A stretch of 10,425 nucleotides of DNA from assembly GCA_051382335.1 (NCBI GenBank), contig JBBCAX010000011.1, positions 1-10,425 on the forward strand. The letters run 5' to 3'. How positions within the stretch are numbered: position 1 is the first letter of the stretch; each line of letters opens with the position of its first letter. Shown one piece after another: positions 8,728 through 10,425 of this stretch. The notes below the pieces were generated by a model. It searched no databases. It was not told where the DNA came from and was given only the letters and a program-made list of their open reading frames with translations. Position numbers and translations under genes: made by a program. The stretch is from Deltaproteobacteria bacterium TL4. Lineage in GTDB: Bacteria > SAR324 > NAC60-12.

Positions 8728-8901
8728 TTATTTAGCCATGAATTGAATGAGTTTTTTGAGAAACCAGCGATTCAGCCAATTCCTCCAACCATCATGATAC
8801 TCTTGGTGTTTTTTCTTATATGAAGAACCCAAAACCAGATCGAGAATATGCAGAGCGGGAACCTGAGATGAAAATCGCTCCCGGCAGTGTCCACAATAGG
8901 A
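8728..8901 (-). pseudogene. C-terminal remnant of an (Fe-S)-binding/CCG-type protein
   Basis: Manual translation gives SYCGHCRERFSSQVPALHILDLVLGSSYKKKHQEYHDGWRNWLNRWFLKKLIQFMAK*, with a YCxxC motif followed by HILDL. There is no start codon. The stop at 8728-8730 lies next to the MMPL RBS. Confidence 0.65.
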
Positions 8902-8911
8902 GTGAGTCTGG

Positions 8912-9232
8912 CTAAAAAGTTACCACCTTATCGGAATCTCGCACGATTTCATACATATCCTTCATAGTGGAAAGAGGACAGATTTCTGTACCCTTCGAGT
9001 TGCGCAATTTGAGACAGGTACCACAGGCTTTAATAGTCCCGCCCCCCTCTACCAACATCTGCATTTGTTCTGTAATGTTGAACTGATTCACATTTAAGGA
9101 CTCACATTCAACCCCTTGAGCCAATAAAAACACATTCACGGAATCACCCTGTTTGAGAGCAAAACTTCCAAAACGAAAAGCATTCCAGACCGTTTCGGCA
9201 TGAGCTGAATAAATAATGATTCCCAGTTTCAT
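8912..9232 (-). CDS. DsrE/DsrF-like family protein (106 aa)
   Basis: MKLGIIIYS...WNAFRFG...VFLLAQGVE...ACGTCLKLR...CPLSTMKD...SDKVVTF. The start is reassigned to ATG 9232, which has an AAGGAG RBS, instead of 9352. Confidence 0.88.
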   Translation of the reverse strand: MKLGIIIYSAHAETVWNAFRFGSFALKQGDSVNVFLLAQGVECESLNVNQFNITEQMQMLVEGGGTIKACGTCLKLRNSKGTEICPLSTMKDMYEIVRDSDKVVTF

Positions 9233-9233
9233 T

Positions 9234-9830
9234 TTAAGTCTCCTTACAAGGTGTGTCCCCCAAGGGTTTTTGTCCCACAATGCCATAATGATAAGGGGGA
9301 AGTTCAATCTGTGGTTTGATGACAATAAATCCTGCTGACGCCGCCCAAGCACGGCACTGTTCCGGTATAGGACGAATGTCTAAAGAGGGACCCCGAGGCG
9401 TTGAAGGGTCATGGTTCCAATGGAGGATGCCCACTTTTCCCCCTGGAACCAGAATCCGAAAACTCTCGTTCAGAAGAGTCAACGGTTGTTCCGCATGAAG
9501 GATGTTGAACAACATCACATAGCCCACGGAGGCGTCTTGCAATCCCGTTCCCTTCTCCATGAAGTCACGACAATAAACGTTCACTTGGCTCAATCCCTTT
9601 TCCAGGGCTTTATGGGTAGTGAATTCAACCATAACGGGGTCAATATCAAAGGCGAACACTCTGCCTGTCGTAAGACTTGCCGCTGGAAGGGTGAATAATC
9701 CATAACCACAACCGAAATCCACCACATCTCCACTGGAGAGATTTAAATCAAGTTCGGTGAGAATCCGGGGCGGATCAAAAAAGGTTTGCCACCAGGTTTC
9801 ATCGGGCATACCGCTTTCTCGAACTTTCAT
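9234..9830 (-). CDS. class I SAM-dependent methyltransferase
   Basis: Motif I VVDFGCGYG, acidic motif FAFDIDP, and LFNILH...ILVPGGKV. Confidence 0.9.
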   Translation of the reverse strand: MKVRESGMPDETWWQTFFDPPRILTELDLNLSSGDVVDFGCGYGLFTLPAASLTTGRVFAFDIDPVMVEFTTHKALEKGLSQVNVYCRDFMEKGTGLQDASVGYVMLFNILHAEQPLTLLNESFRILVPGGKVGILHWNHDPSTPRGPSLDIRPIPEQCRAWAASAGFIVIKPQIELPPYHYGIVGQKPLGDTPCKET

Positions 9831-9834
9831 GGGC

Positions 9835-10299
9835 TTATCCTTGAGAGTTACTAGAAATTTTGAGTATTTTTTCTCCTAAAACAAGCGCTGAATGAAGAAT
9901 TCCCCGCTTTATTCCAAAAGAGGATAACCACCACTGTTCAAACAGTACTTTGCCTAAATGCCAGGTTTTTCCTATCGGACGTAATTTTAAATTCGGAGCC
10001 GGTTCCGCAAAAAACTCACCCGAGGCGAACCCCGCCAAACCGTCTCCTGTCTCCAACATACAATAGCCGACACCGTTAAAGGTTGCTTCAACCGAAGTCC
10101 CCTGGATCTCTGCCGCAATACGTTGAGCTACGATTTCCCCCTGTCTATGGGCAAACACCCCTGCCTTGGGCAACATCATGGGCACATCAGGGTTCCAAAG
10201 ACCAGGAATACTCACCGCCGTGATGTCCCCAATGGCATAGACGTTCTCATACTTTGTCTTGAGGGTAGAACGATCCACGGGAACCCAGCCTCCCTCCTC
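9835..10299 (-). pseudogene. C-terminal part of an NAD(P)/FAD-dependent oxidoreductase, sulfide:quinone oxidoreductase-like
   Basis: GGWVPVDRSTLKTKYENVYAIGD, LPKAGVFA, GYCMLETGDG and WHLGKVLFEQWWL. The N-terminal GxGxxG FAD domain is missing, and the frame is closed by a stop a few codons upstream (~10309-10311). Confidence 0.8.
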
Positions 10300-10300
10300 A

Positions 10301-10425
10301 CGGCTTTCTCATAAAAAAAAGATTGTGTTTCAGAAGGATAGAAAGTTATCATAGGACTTCAACCCCAACCCTAAAGGAGTCTTATGACAGAAGAATCTCA
10401 ATCTCCAGAAAAGGCATTAAAATTA
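10301..10425 (+). mobile_element. possible left end of an insertion sequence interrupting the SQR-like gene
   Basis: Coding homology ends abruptly at ~10300. It is followed by CGGCTTTCTCATAAAAAAAA, AT-rich sequence, and a new opposite-strand ORF ~80 nt inside. The family cannot be identified. Confidence 0.4.
10384..10425 (+). CDS. partial ORF running off the window (MTEESQSPEKALKL...), possibly a transposase
   Basis: Strong AAGGAG RBS at 10374-10379, ATG at 10384, and open to the window end. Confidence 0.5.
   Translation, partial: MTEESQSPEKALKL

Noticed and set aside
9233..9352. N-terminal extension of the DsrE ORF in the track
   Set aside because: It overlaps the methyltransferase 3' end. 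The RBS and family-like start are at 9232.
980..10314. Remaining short ORFs (60-146 aa) in the track that overlap the called genes
   Set aside because: They are alternative-frame or antisense overlaps with no recognisable motifs. The exception is 4653-4976, which is a tnpA fragment.
10357..10370. CTTCAACCCCAACC as the partner Tn3 IR
   Set aside because: Only ~10 bp match the reverse complement of 4022-4031, part of which is outside the IR. The internal GGTTCCGG core is absent and there is no GAGTT duplication.

Overview
Bacterial window (standard code; TGA is used as a stop at 190, 2738 and 3994) with two parts. Left part (1-4000): a GTAG-type REP doublet (13-100), a DUF445-like membrane protein gene, a divergent lipoprotein alpha/beta-hydrolase, and an AAA+/DUF4143-type ATPase. 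Right part (4025-10300): a decaying accessory region read on the minus strand. In transcription order it holds a 5'-truncated SQR-like flavoprotein, a class I SAM methyltransferase, a DsrE-family protein, a start-less C-terminal remnant of an Fe-S protein that the ORF track misses, an internally deleted MMPL/RND transporter, an intact LolA-like periplasmic protein, an outer-membrane protein pseudogene fused in frame to a Tn3 transposase remnant, and a Tn3-family terminal inverted repeat. At least five breakpoints and two point lesions can be read from the sequence. The most interesting hypothesis is that the ancestral locus coupled a trans-envelope MMPL/LolA-like/outer-membrane system to sulfur-handling enzymes. 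A possible IS end begins near 10301. All family assignments come from motif recognition, not from database searches.
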